A DNA stretch of 64,000 bases, taken from NCBI GenBank assembly GCA_964498015.1, contig CAZCFT010000001.1, positions 490 through 64,489 on the forward strand, in the 5' to 3' direction. This DNA is from an uncultured Ignavibacteriaceae bacterium. GTDB lineage: Bacteria > Zixibacteria > MSB-5A5 > GN15 > PGXB01. The position numbers and the translations under genes are program-made. The notes under the pieces are model-generated. The model saw only the letters and a program-made list of their open reading frames with translations, searched no databases and was not told where the DNA came from. The first letter of the stretch is position 1. Every line of letters begins with the position of its first letter. Of this stretch, positions 29,096-39,129 are shown in pieces.

Positions 29096-30916
29096 ATGAA
29101 ATCAGATAAATTAAATGCTAAGCTACAGAATCTTCCATCTTCGCCGGGCGTTTATCTTTTCAAGAACGCTGGAGGAAAGATCATATATATCGGCAAGGCC
29201 CGAAGCCTCAAGAATCGCGTGCGAACTTATTTTCAGTCTCCGCAGAAGCATGATATCAAGACGGCCCGATTGGTCGGGCAGATTGAAGACTTCGACCTCA
29301 TGGTCACGGATACGGAAATTGAGGCCTTAATTCTGGAAGCTAACCTCGTCAAAGAACATAAGCCTCGCTATAATGTCAACCTTAAAGATGATAAGCATTA
29401 TCCATATATCCGGGTGACGGTCAATGAGTCATTCCCGCGGGTTCTAATTGTTCGGCGTCTGGCGAAGGACGGCGCTCGATATTTTGGCCCGTATACCAGC
29501 TCCAAGTCGATGCGGAGGACGCTCAAGTTTCTCTGTAATCTATTCAAGATTCGTACCTGTAATCTGACCATACCGCATCCGAGCGGAAAAATTCAGAAGG
29601 TCTGTCTTGATTATCATATCGGCCGATGCGGAGGTCCGTGCGAAGGATTTCAGTCTGAGCAAGATTATCGTGAATCGGTTGATTCGGTTCTTTTATTCTT
29701 GTCGGGAAAGAACGAGACTTTGATTGAACTGCGGCGCAAGCGGATGGAGCATCTTTCGAACAAGATGAAATATGAAGAGGCCGCTATTGTCCGTGACCAG
29801 GTCACCGCTTTGGAAGCGGTCAAACAGAGGCAGAAGGTTGACGTCGGTAAATTGGTGAATCGCGACATTGTCGCCTTCGCGCGGGAATCAAGAGAAACGG
29901 TGGTTGTTATTCTTCAAATACGAGAAGGTATCATGATCGGCCGGCAGGATTTTCAGCTGAGCTCTGAAGCTGAAGAAACAGATGAAGAGGTTCTTTCGGA
30001 GTTTGTCCGGCAATATTACAATCATCAGCCCAATTTACCTGATGAAATATATTTTCCTCTTGCTCTTGAAGATGAAGCTTTAATTTCTAAATGGCTTTCA
30101 AAATCAAAAGGCAAGAGGGTTCACATTTTCAGCCCCCGGAAAGGGGAGAAGCTTAAATTGGTTGATATGGCCGCCGCCAACGCACGGCTTCTTCTCGATG
30201 AATTGCTGATTCAAAAAAAGGGATACAAGGAACGGACTATTCATGCGGTGCAATCTCTGAAGGCCGAGCTTCATTTGGAGAAAATGCCTCGGACAGTCGC
30301 TTGCGTGGATATATCGAATACCGGCGAAACCGATGCGGTTGGCTCGTTGGTTTATTTCGAAAATGGGAAACCGAAGAAATCTCAGTATCGGCATTTCAGA
30401 ATTAGGCAAGTGGTTGGGCAGGATGATTTCGCCATGATACGTGAAGTGGTCGGGCGATATTTTTTCCGCATCAAGAAGGAAAATTGTGCACCGCCGGACC
30501 TTCTGGTAGTCGATGGGGGAAAGGGGCAATTATCATCGGCGTTATCGGAGATAAAGTCGCTTGGATTCGAAATGCAGAACATAATCGGGCTGGCAAAAAA
30601 ATTTGAAGAGATCTACTTGCCTGATCATAACGAACCATTGAGTCTGCCGAAATCATCATCGGGGTTGCGGTTACTCAAGAGAGTTCGAGATGAAGCGCAT
30701 CACTTTGCGGTCGAATATAATCGGAAAGTTAGAACCAAACGGACTATTCAATCTTCTCTGGATAAACTGGACGGAATCGGCCCAGGGCGAAGGGAACTGC
30801 TTCTTAAGCATTTCGGCTCTGTCAAAAGAATAAGGGAAGCAGCCCTTGAGGATTTATTGGGGGTCAAAGGGATTCCGAAAAACATTGCCCAAAAGATATA
30901 TCAGGCCTATCATTAA
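29096..30916 (+). CDS. uvrC: Excinuclease ABC subunit C
   Basis: GIY-YIG N-domain (PGVYLFKN..IIYIGKA), UvrBC-interaction region, RNase H-like endonuclease domain, and a C-terminal (HhH)2. Confidence 0.95.
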   Translation: MKSDKLNAKLQNLPSSPGVYLFKNAGGKIIYIGKARSLKNRVRTYFQSPQKHDIKTARLVGQIEDFDLMVTDTEIEALILEANLVKEHKPRYNVNLKDDKHYPYIRVTVNESFPRVLIVRRLAKDGARYFGPYTSSKSMRRTLKFLCNLFKIRTCNLTIPHPSGKIQKVCLDYHIGRCGGPCEGFQSEQDYRESVDSVLLFLSGKNETLIELRRKRMEHLSNKMKYEEAAIVRDQVTALEAVKQRQKVDVGKLVNRDIVAFARESRETVVVILQIREGIMIGRQDFQLSSEAEETDEEVLSEFVRQYYNHQPNLPDEIYFPLALEDEALISKWLSKSKGKRVHIFSPRKGEKLKLVDMAAANARLLLDELLIQKKGYKERTIHAVQSLKAELHLEKMPRTVACVDISNTGETDAVGSLVYFENGKPKKSQYRHFRIRQVVGQDDFAMIREVVGRYFFRIKKENCAPPDLLVVDGGKGQLSSALSEIKSLGFEMQNIIGLAKKFEEIYLPDHNEPLSLPKSSSGLRLLKRVRDEAHHFAVEYNRKVRTKRTIQSSLDKLDGIGPGRRELLLKHFGSVKRIREAALEDLLGVKGIPKNIAQKIYQAYH

Positions 30917-30966
30917 GAAGCATTTTTTGCCATTGCAATTTAGCTCAGATAGCATAATTTATTATT

Positions 30967-32190
30967 ATGCAGTCGCCGGATGAGAAAATCTATACCGTAA
31001 CGGCTTTAACCCGCCTGATCAAATATACGCTTGAGGAATCATTTCCTTCAATTTGGGTTGAGGGGGAAATATCAAATTATATTCATCATTCGTCCGGGCA
31101 TCGGTATCTCTCGCTGAAAGATGAGAATGCTACAATCAAGCTGACAATATGGCGATCGGTCGGTCAATATCTGAAATTTGAGCCTGAAGACGGAATGAAG
31201 GTTCGCGCCTTCGGGGATATTTCGCTGTACGAAAAAGGAGGAAATTACCAGCTAAATGTGAAAAAGCTAATACCGGTTGGAGTCGGCGAGCTTGAAATAG
31301 CATTTCGCCAGCTTTATGAGAAACTTTCGGCGGAGGGTCTCTTTGACTTATCCCGAAAAAAGCCGATTCCACTATATCCGATGAAAGTCGGAATAATCAC
31401 TTCTCCGACCGGCGCCGCCATTCGTGATATAATCCAGATTGCCCGACGCAGAAATGATCTGGTCCAGCTCATTCTTTATCCAGCGCAAGTACAGGGAAAA
31501 GGGGCAGAATTATCAATAATTGCCGGAATAGATTATTTTAATCAAAGAGAAGATATTGATGTTATAATCGCCGGCAGAGGAGGCGGTTCGTTGGAGGACC
31601 TTTGGGTTTTCAATGAAGAGGCTCTTGTGAGGGCAATCGCTGGCTCCCGCAAACCGATTGCGACGGGGATTGGTCATGAAGTAGATACTACTTTGTCCGA
31701 CCTCGCATCTGATTTGAGGGCGCCGACACCATCGGCCGCCGCAGAATTAGTAATATGGGATAAGCAGGCTTATATAAGCGGATTGCATGAGTATCTTGAA
31801 AGGCTCAGTCACGGGTTTTCGTCTTTGCTTGAAGTTAAAAAGGGGGAACTGAATCTGCTCATCAGCCGGCCTATATTCAGGTGTCCGGAAAACATTATCC
31901 TGAGTAGGGTTCAGTATCTTGATAATCTGGAAAGGCGATTTGCGACAGTGGGAAAAATCCTGTTTGAAAAACAGAAAAATGGATTATCTTTGGCTTTGTC
32001 TCGACTGGAGTCGCTTTCACCGCTGGCCATTTTGAAACGGGGTTATGCAGTAGTCAAAAGCTTCCCCGCAGGGTTGACAGTCAAGTCGATTTCAGCTATT
32101 AGTAAGGATGATATGATAGAAGCATTGCTGAGTGATGGCTCTCTTTTAGCCCGAGTCGAGAGTACCAGTAATAATAAAGAAATGAAATGA
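30967..32190 (+). CDS. xseA: Exodeoxyribonuclease VII large subunit
   Basis: 407 aa with an OB-fold N-terminus (WVEGEISN), and the GRGGGS and TGIGHEVD motifs. Confidence 0.93.
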   Translation: MQSPDEKIYTVTALTRLIKYTLEESFPSIWVEGEISNYIHHSSGHRYLSLKDENATIKLTIWRSVGQYLKFEPEDGMKVRAFGDISLYEKGGNYQLNVKKLIPVGVGELEIAFRQLYEKLSAEGLFDLSRKKPIPLYPMKVGIITSPTGAAIRDIIQIARRRNDLVQLILYPAQVQGKGAELSIIAGIDYFNQREDIDVIIAGRGGGSLEDLWVFNEEALVRAIAGSRKPIATGIGHEVDTTLSDLASDLRAPTPSAAAELVIWDKQAYISGLHEYLERLSHGFSSLLEVKKGELNLLISRPIFRCPENIILSRVQYLDNLERRFATVGKILFEKQKNGLSLALSRLESLSPLAILKRGYAVVKSFPAGLTVKSISAISKDDMIEALLSDGSLLARVESTSNNKEMK

Positions 32191-32438
32191 CATCAAAAAA
32201 GAATAATAAGGATTTTGAATCTGCTCTTTCTCGACTTGAAGAGATTACGGACAAGCTGGAGTCGGGCGAAGTTACATTGGAAGAGTCAATTGAATTTTAC
32301 ACAGAAGGAATGGAGATTGCCGCTTTCTGCGCCAAAATGCTGACCGAGGCCGAGAAAAAAATTACGATTTTGAAAGAAATGAATGGTAAGCTTGCGGAAG
32401 TCCCGATCGACGAGCATAAAGGCGGTGAGAATCAATAA
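32187..32438 (+). CDS. xseB: Exodeoxyribonuclease VII small subunit
   Basis: 83-aa helical protein (FESALSRLEEITDKLESGEVTLEESI). Overlaps the xseA stop by 4 nt. Confidence 0.9.
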   Translation: MTSKKNNKDFESALSRLEEITDKLESGEVTLEESIEFYTEGMEIAAFCAKMLTEAEKKITILKEMNGKLAEVPIDEHKGGENQ

Positions 32439-32439
32439 A

Positions 32440-33321
32440 ATGGCCGTTGAAATGGAAACCGGTATTGCTTATATTGAAGGCAAGAGACGGCTGGTTGATC
32501 TGCTTCTCGATAGATATCTTCCTTCTGAAGATACTTACCCGTATGCTCTCCACAAGGCAATGCGCTATTCGGCGCTGGCCGGCGGCAAAAGGTTGCGTCC
32601 GGTACTAACCATGACCGCTTATGAATCATTTGGCGGCGCTGACGGAGATATAATCAATCCTGCCGCCTGTGCGGTGGAATTTATTCATACTTATTCGCTG
32701 ATTCATGACGACCTTCCATGCATGGATGATGATGATCTCCGGCGGGGAATGCCAACCCTTCATAAGAAATTTGACGAGGCCACGGCAGTGCTTGCAGGGG
32801 ATGCGCTACACGATCTTGCATTTAGTTTAATAGCGCAATCCGGTTCGGCGGAGGCCGTGAAAGAATTGGCGGATGCGATTGGAACATTTGGGATGCTGGG
32901 GGGGCAGATGGCTGATGTGGAAGCGGAAGGAATGAGTGTCAATGTTGAGCAGGTGAGATTCATTCATTCTCACAAAACGGGGGCATTGATTAGAGCGGCG
33001 GTGCGTATTGGAGCCATCTTAGCCGGAGTAGATAGCGACGAATTGAGAAGTTTATCTTTATATGGCGAAAAAATTGGGTTGGCCTTTCAAATTATTGATG
33101 ATATCCTTGACATTGAAGGCGACGAGAAAAGATTGGGCAAGAAAGTAGGTTCCGATTGTAGAAACAATAAAGCTACTTACCCGGGAGTTGCAGGAATGGA
33201 ACAGGCGCGCATTGATGCCGACCGATTAATTGGCGAAGCGATTGTTATAAGTGAAGGATTTTCCTTAAGAAACAATCATTTCAGGTCAATCGCTCGTTAT
33301 ATTGGACATAGGGAATATTGA
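32440..33321 (+). CDS. ispA: Farnesyl/geranylgeranyl diphosphate synthase (polyprenyl synthetase family)
   Basis: First Asp-rich motif LIHDDLPCMDDDDLRRG and second motif FQIIDDILD. ATG 32440 lies 1 nt after the xseB stop. The ORF track extends it to 32383. Confidence 0.9.
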   Translation: MAVEMETGIAYIEGKRRLVDLLLDRYLPSEDTYPYALHKAMRYSALAGGKRLRPVLTMTAYESFGGADGDIINPAACAVEFIHTYSLIHDDLPCMDDDDLRRGMPTLHKKFDEATAVLAGDALHDLAFSLIAQSGSAEAVKELADAIGTFGMLGGQMADVEAEGMSVNVEQVRFIHSHKTGALIRAAVRIGAILAGVDSDELRSLSLYGEKIGLAFQIIDDILDIEGDEKRLGKKVGSDCRNNKATYPGVAGMEQARIDADRLIGEAIVISEGFSLRNNHFRSIARYIGHREY

Positions 33322-33326
33322 ATTAA

Positions 33327-35318
33327 ATGAGCCTGCTGGAAAAGATAAATTCATCATCCGATCTAAAATCTCTGACCGAAGACCAGCTCAAGGAATTGGC
33401 TCAGGAAATCCGGCAGGAGATAATCTCAATAGTAGCTCAGAATGGGGGGCATCTGTCATCAAATCTGGGAGCGATCGAATTGACGCTGGCTCTCCATTAC
33501 TGTTTCGATATTCCAACGGATAAAATAGTCTGGGATGTCGGACATCAATGCTATGCCCATAAAATGCTGAGCGGCCGGAGAGACTCGATTAAAACTCTCA
33601 GGCAATTCGGTGGTATTGCCGGTTTTCCGAAACGGGATGAGTCGCCGGCTGACCCGTTTGGCGCCGGTCATGCGTCCACATCTATTTCCGCGGCTCTTGG
33701 TTTGGCGGCCGCAAGAGATGCGCAGGGGCAAAATCACAAGATAATTGCGGTTGTCGGCGATGGGGCCTTGACCGGTGGGCTGGCGTATGAAGGTTTAAAT
33801 AATGCGGGGGCATCGAAGAAAAATTTGCTTGTCATTTTGAACGATAATAAGATGTCAATTTCCAATAATGTCGGGGCCATTTCCAAATATCTCACCAATA
33901 TCATGGCCGATCAGCGTTTCAACAAAATCAGAAATGAGATATGGGAACTGACCGGACGTTTCAAACGGCGGGATAAAATCCGCGCTATGGTTTCCGATAT
34001 TGAAGATTCTATCAAAGGGTTATTTGTGCCTGGTTTTCTTTTTGATAAACTCGGTTTTCGGTATTTTGGGCCGATTGATGGCCATAACCTTCCGCTCCTG
34101 ATAAAAACCATAAAACAAATCAAGGATATTGCCGGTCCGAAAATGCTTCATATCGTCACGGTTAAGGGGAAAGGGTATGCGCCCGCCGAAGCAGACGCGA
34201 TGAAGTTTCATGGTGTGGGCTCCTTTGACAAGATAACCGGCGTGGCTCATCTTACTCCGGGTCTTCCATCGTACACGAGCGTATTTGGCGAGACAATGGT
34301 TGAGCTCGCTGAGAATAATAAGAATATCATTGCCATAACTGCGGCCATGACCACGGGGACAGGTCTTTCCAAATTCGCGGCGAAGTTCCCGGACAGATTC
34401 TATGATGTTGGCATTGCCGAGGGTCATGCATCATGCTTCGCCGCAGGACTGGCGGCCGGTGGCGCAAAGCCATTTGTAGCGATCTATTCGACCTTTCTGC
34501 AGAGAGCCTATGATCAGATTATTCATGATATCGCTCTCCAGAAGCTTCCGGTGGTTTTTTGTATTGATCGCGCCGGATTGGTCGGCGAAGATGGCCCAAC
34601 GCATCATGGTTGCTTTGACCTGTCATATCTTTCGGCTATTCCAAATATTTCTATCATGGCTCCGAAGGACGGCGATGAATTCCGTTCCATGTTGACCCTT
34701 CTATCTGAAAAGGAATTAGATGGGCCATGCGCCATAAGATATCCCCGTGCGGCGATCCCGAATCCGATGAGCAATACTGTCGAGAATATTGAATGGGGCA
34801 AATGGGAGAGAATCCACGCTGGCGGAGATACTCTGGTAATCGCCACCGGTACGATGGTTGAAACTGCCTTGAACGCCTACGATATTCTCAAGGATGAAAA
34901 GGAACTTACTATTGTGAATGCCCGGTTTATCAAACCGCTTGATACGGATTTCCTTGACAGCTGTACTGATGCGTATAGAAATATTATTGTGATGGAAGAA
35001 AATAGCGTCAGCGGCGGATTGGGACAGGCGATTGGCAGTCATCTTAGCGAGATCGGATTTAAGGGGAAATTCCAGCCCTTCGCTATTCCGGATAGATTTA
35101 TAGAGCAGGGGGAAAGAGCGCTGATACTCAGTGAAATTGGCCTGAATACGGATGCTCTGGTGGACTATGTCCGATGGCTTAACGGCGCCCATCGGACATT
35201 CCTGCAGATATTGACTTTCAGAAAATCTGATTATCGCAAACCCGCGATGTCGATAGATCGGCCGGCAGGCGGGATTGAGGCTATAAATGGGACTAACGGA
35301 AAACCATTCATAAAATAA
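33327..35318 (+). CDS. dxs: 1-deoxy-D-xylulose-5-phosphate synthase
   Basis: 663 aa with GGHLSSNLG, GHASTSISAALG, GDGALTGG and DGPTHHG. Has a C-terminal extension of about 45 aa beyond the usual end. Confidence 0.95.
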   Translation: MSLLEKINSSSDLKSLTEDQLKELAQEIRQEIISIVAQNGGHLSSNLGAIELTLALHYCFDIPTDKIVWDVGHQCYAHKMLSGRRDSIKTLRQFGGIAGFPKRDESPADPFGAGHASTSISAALGLAAARDAQGQNHKIIAVVGDGALTGGLAYEGLNNAGASKKNLLVILNDNKMSISNNVGAISKYLTNIMADQRFNKIRNEIWELTGRFKRRDKIRAMVSDIEDSIKGLFVPGFLFDKLGFRYFGPIDGHNLPLLIKTIKQIKDIAGPKMLHIVTVKGKGYAPAEADAMKFHGVGSFDKITGVAHLTPGLPSYTSVFGETMVELAENNKNIIAITAAMTTGTGLSKFAAKFPDRFYDVGIAEGHASCFAAGLAAGGAKPFVAIYSTFLQRAYDQIIHDIALQKLPVVFCIDRAGLVGEDGPTHHGCFDLSYLSAIPNISIMAPKDGDEFRSMLTLLSEKELDGPCAIRYPRAAIPNPMSNTVENIEWGKWERIHAGGDTLVIATGTMVETALNAYDILKDEKELTIVNARFIKPLDTDFLDSCTDAYRNIIVMEENSVSGGLGQAIGSHLSEIGFKGKFQPFAIPDRFIEQGERALILSEIGLNTDALVDYVRWLNGAHRTFLQILTFRKSDYRKPAMSIDRPAGGIEAINGTNGKPFIK

Positions 35319-35319
35319 T

Positions 35320-36207
35320 ATGCGTTTTGGCATAATCGTAAATTTCCTGCGCCCCGACGCCGGCGATGCCGTTATCACCGCGGCAGAGTGGTGCAAAAAG
35401 CATAATCATGAAGTATACCTCTGTGATGACATTATCTCGCAGGTGAAACTTGATGTCCGAGTCTGCCCGCGCAATGAGATATGGAAATTTTCGGATGTAG
35501 TCATTTCGATGGGAGGCGACGGAACTATTCTGGCCTCGGTCAGAGCTCTCGCGGGACATTCGAGACCGATATTGGGAATCAATCTCGGATCGCTTGGGTT
35601 CTTGACGCAGTTGACTGCTGATAAACTTGAGTCCGCGCTCAATCGGGTGGTCGGAAATGACTACCGTATTGAGGAACGGCTGGTATTAAAAACCGAGGTG
35701 ATGGGTGAATCGGCTCTGGAGTATCCTTATGCCCTTAATGATGTCGTAGTCGATAAGGGTAATGTCAGCCGCGTAATTAACTTGAGTTTATATGCCAACG
35801 ACGAATATATCTGTTCCTATACTGCCGACGGTCTGGTCATCTCCACACCGACCGGCTCGACCGCTTACTCGCTTGCGGTTGGCGGCCCAATTCTCGACCC
35901 GACAATGCAGGCGTTTATAGTCTCGCCGATATCGCCTTTTTCTCTGACTACAAGACCGATGATATTTCCTCCGGACAGCATTTTGGAAATTAAAGTGCGC
36001 TCCGAGCACGGGAATGCTATGCTGACCATTGACGGTCAGGTGGCGACCAAATTCTGTCCGACCGGATCGATTAAGGTTTCGCGTGCCGACCATATCGCCA
36101 AATTAATCCGATTTAGCGAGAATTCCTTCTATGATATCCTGCGGAAAAAGCTTCACTGGGGGAAACTGCCGGTCGTGGATTATAAGAAGGTCGATTTTAA
36201 GGATTGA
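35320..36207 (+). CDS. nadK: NAD(+) kinase
   Basis: GGDGT motif (VISMGGDGTIL), NLGSLGFL, and TPTGSTAYSLAVGGPI. Confidence 0.92.
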   Translation: MRFGIIVNFLRPDAGDAVITAAEWCKKHNHEVYLCDDIISQVKLDVRVCPRNEIWKFSDVVISMGGDGTILASVRALAGHSRPILGINLGSLGFLTQLTADKLESALNRVVGNDYRIEERLVLKTEVMGESALEYPYALNDVVVDKGNVSRVINLSLYANDEYICSYTADGLVISTPTGSTAYSLAVGGPILDPTMQAFIVSPISPFSLTTRPMIFPPDSILEIKVRSEHGNAMLTIDGQVATKFCPTGSIKVSRADHIAKLIRFSENSFYDILRKKLHWGKLPVVDYKKVDFKD

Positions 36208-36461
36208 TTTCCCAGGCATAAGGATTTCTTGTGTCTTGTGTTGGGTTACATCCCGAATGAGGCAGGGAGCTAAGATCCAGCGCAACTTGAAAAGCGATTT
36301 CGTGAAGTATTTTTTGATTAACTGATCGACAGGATTCAAAGCGCGGAGTCGCCAAATTATTCTTGACATTCTCTGCAATAAACGGTTGTTTCACAGAGTG
36401 ATAAGAGATAAAATAGTCGGGGATTTGGTTGGAAATCCGGCTATTGACGGAAAGGTTATAA

Positions 36462-38564
36462 ATGAAGAATTTGGAATATATCTTTAGGCCGAAGTCAGTG
36501 GCGGTAATTGGGGCATCGACACAAAAGGGGACGATCGGAAGAGAGATTCTGCATAATATCATACTCAACGAGTTCAACGGAAAAGTGTTCCCGGTCAACC
36601 CAAAGGCGAGCGTTATTCATTCGATAAAATGCTACTCGACCATTCTGGATGTCCCTGATGCAGTTGATATGGCGGTCGTGGCGGTGCCTCGTGAGGTGGT
36701 TCCGCTGGTCGCCGAACAGTGCGGACAAAAAGGGGTGAAGGGGCTGGTAGTGATTTCTGCCGGTTTCAGGGAATCTGGCGGAAGAGGGGTTGAACTGGAA
36801 AAGCAGTTGATGGAGGTTATTAGTCAATATGGGATGAGGATGATCGGCCCGAATTGTTTTGGCGTTGTCAATACCGATCCGGATTATAGTCTGAATTGCA
36901 CTTTCGGAAAGACGCGGGCTTTGCAAGGGAAAGTGGGATTTATATCCCAATCGGGCGCGTTGGGCGAGGCGATTATGATTCATGCTCGTGATCTGGGGCT
37001 TGGATTTTCTATGGTGGTTTCAATCGGAAACAAAGCTGATATTTCTGCTAATGATATTCTGGAATTCTGGAAGAATGATCCTCAGACTGATATAATCCTG
37101 CTCTATCTCGAGAATTTCGGCAACCCGCGCCATTTCACAAGAATCGCCCGCGAGATATCCCGCAAGAAGCCGATTGTGGCGGTGAAATCGGGAAGGACGC
37201 GTCAGGGGGCGGCGGCGGCCTCATCGCATACCGGGGCGTTAGCGGAGCTTGATGTTGGGGTGGATGCACTTTTTGATCAGTGTGGCGTGATGCGGGTATC
37301 CTCGATAGAGGAGCTTTTTGACGTGGCCGCGGCGCTGGCAAATCAACCGATTCCGAAAGGAAAAAGGGTTGCAATAATCAGTAATGCCGGCGGGCCGGGA
37401 CTTCTGGCGACTGATGCGCTGGTTGGACTGGGGATGGAGGTAGCGCCGTACACCGGAGAAACAAAGACGAAACTTAAAAAGGCGCTGACCGGTCAGGGTG
37501 AGGTAAATAATCCTTTGGATCTGGTGGCGGGCGCAGGCGGCGAGGCTTTTAAGAAGGCGTTGGGTGTGGTCAAGAATGACAAGGATTTTGATTCTATATT
37601 TACTATATTTGTTCCGCCGGTGACAATCAATCAAATGGAAGTGGCCAATTCGATTTTGGAGGGGATCAAAGGAAGCGCCAAGCCTGTTTATGCCTGTTTT
37701 ATGGGGGCGGGTGAGAGTTCCGCTGCGGTTGAGCGCTTAAAAGAGCATGGTGTGCCGGTATATATTTTCCCCGAGGCGGTGGCCAAGACGCTTTCGCTGA
37801 TTGATGAGTATCGCCGCTGGTTAGAGAGGCAGAGGGGACAGATCAAAACGTTTAAGATTGATAAAAAGAGAGTACAGGAAATTATAGATAGGGCAAACGT
37901 AACGGGAGAAAGGGCGATTGTCGGTCGTGACGCTCTTGAGATTCTGGATGCCTATGGTATTCCGGCGGGCCTATATGAGATCGCATATTCAGAAAAAGAA
38001 GCGGTGGCGATTGCGGAAAAGACTGGATACCCGGTGGTTCTAAAAATCAATACGCCGCCAATCTTGCACAAGACTGAATTTGGAGGCGTCGCCATTGATC
38101 TGCGCACGGCCAAAGAAGTACGGGAGGCCTTCAATAATCTAAAGAAAAAAATTCAGCCTTTCAAGAAGGATGAAAAGTATTCGGTCGTTATACAGGAAAT
38201 GGTGGACGGGGGAGTTGAGACGGTTATAGGGATGACAACGGATCCATCATTCGGACCGCTGATTATGTTCGGCCTCGGAGGTATTTATGTGGAGATTTTG
38301 AAGGATGTTGCTTTCCGGATTCACCCGTTGACCGACAATAACGTAGATGAGATGATGAAGAGCCTTAAATCTTATCCTCTTCTGACCGGTTTCAGAGGAG
38401 CCGAGCCGGTAGATATGAATACGCTGAAGGAATCTCTTCTGCGATTATCACAGCTTATAACCGATTTTGATGAATTCTCAGAAATAGACATAAATCCCTT
38501 TATGGCCTGCCCGGCCAAAGGGAAATCAAAAGCAGTTGATGCGCGGTTTATTATTAGGAAGTAG
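36462..38564 (+). CDS. ADP-forming acetyl-CoA synthetase / NDP-forming acyl-CoA synthetase (fused alpha-beta)
   Basis: 700 aa with a CoA-binding N-domain (VAVIGAS..GTIG), a succinyl-CoA-synthetase-like ligase domain with phospho-His context (ASSHTGALA), and a C-terminal ATP-grasp. Confidence 0.88.
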   Translation: MKNLEYIFRPKSVAVIGASTQKGTIGREILHNIILNEFNGKVFPVNPKASVIHSIKCYSTILDVPDAVDMAVVAVPREVVPLVAEQCGQKGVKGLVVISAGFRESGGRGVELEKQLMEVISQYGMRMIGPNCFGVVNTDPDYSLNCTFGKTRALQGKVGFISQSGALGEAIMIHARDLGLGFSMVVSIGNKADISANDILEFWKNDPQTDIILLYLENFGNPRHFTRIAREISRKKPIVAVKSGRTRQGAAAASSHTGALAELDVGVDALFDQCGVMRVSSIEELFDVAAALANQPIPKGKRVAIISNAGGPGLLATDALVGLGMEVAPYTGETKTKLKKALTGQGEVNNPLDLVAGAGGEAFKKALGVVKNDKDFDSIFTIFVPPVTINQMEVANSILEGIKGSAKPVYACFMGAGESSAAVERLKEHGVPVYIFPEAVAKTLSLIDEYRRWLERQRGQIKTFKIDKKRVQEIIDRANVTGERAIVGRDALEILDAYGIPAGLYEIAYSEKEAVAIAEKTGYPVVLKINTPPILHKTEFGGVAIDLRTAKEVREAFNNLKKKIQPFKKDEKYSVVIQEMVDGGVETVIGMTTDPSFGPLIMFGLGGIYVEILKDVAFRIHPLTDNNVDEMMKSLKSYPLLTGFRGAEPVDMNTLKESLLRLSQLITDFDEFSEIDINPFMACPAKGKSKAVDARFIIRK

Positions 38565-38602
38565 CGCTGACGGAATAATAAACTCAAATAGAGAGGGAAA
38601 TC

Positions 38603-39091
38603 ATGAAGTTTGAGTTAAAATCGATAAGCTATTGGCCACTGCTCAAGATATCTTTTGTGATAAATCTGATATTTGGATTTGTCATGGGGATATTCTTCGC
38701 ATTATTCATCGGGGTCATTTTTTCATTGGCAAGCAATTTTAGCGGGCTTGGGGGGATGCCAATGTTCCAGGAAGGGATGCCTTCTGTCGGATTGTTGCTC
38801 ATATTGTATCCATTCATTTTCGGATTTGGGGGAGCTTTCATAAATACGATTGCGGCGCTGATTCTGGCCTTTATATACAATATGGTAACGAAGGCGATCG
38901 GTGGAATTGAGATAGAGCTAAATCAAATTGTACTTCAGCCGGTTGTATCTTCGTCAGCGCAGATGGCACAGACACCCGGATATTATGTATCGTCATCGCA
39001 TCAGCCTCCGGTTCCGCCGCCTCCCCCGCCGCCGATTCAGCCATTGCCGCCGGACATGGTTCCTCCCCCGGACAACTCAGAACAGGGATAG
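38603..39091 (+). CDS. Hypothetical membrane protein with a proline-rich C-terminal tail
   Basis: 162 aa with 3-4 hydrophobic helices, then SSSHQPPVPPPPPPPIQPLPPDMVPPPD. GAGAGGG lies upstream of the ATG. Confidence 0.55.
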   Translation: MKFELKSISYWPLLKISFVINLIFGFVMGIFFALFIGVIFSLASNFSGLGGMPMFQEGMPSVGLLLILYPFIFGFGGAFINTIAALILAFIYNMVTKAIGGIEIELNQIVLQPVVSSSAQMAQTPGYYVSSSHQPPVPPPPPPPIQPLPPDMVPPPDNSEQG

Positions 39092-39129
39092 CCGAGCAGT
39101 TGATTTTTGACAAGGATTAAAGGCATTTT

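Noticed and set aside
34716-35396. A 226-aa antisense ORF opposite the dxs 3' end and the nadK start. Similar long antisense ORFs occur at 36495..36983, 47696..48145, 56862..57353 and 58966..59424.
   Set aside because: All lie fully opposite strongly conserved genes. They have low-complexity Arg/Ser/Pro-rich or otherwise junk-like composition, no recognisable motifs and no SD-like sequences. They are typical shadow ORFs.
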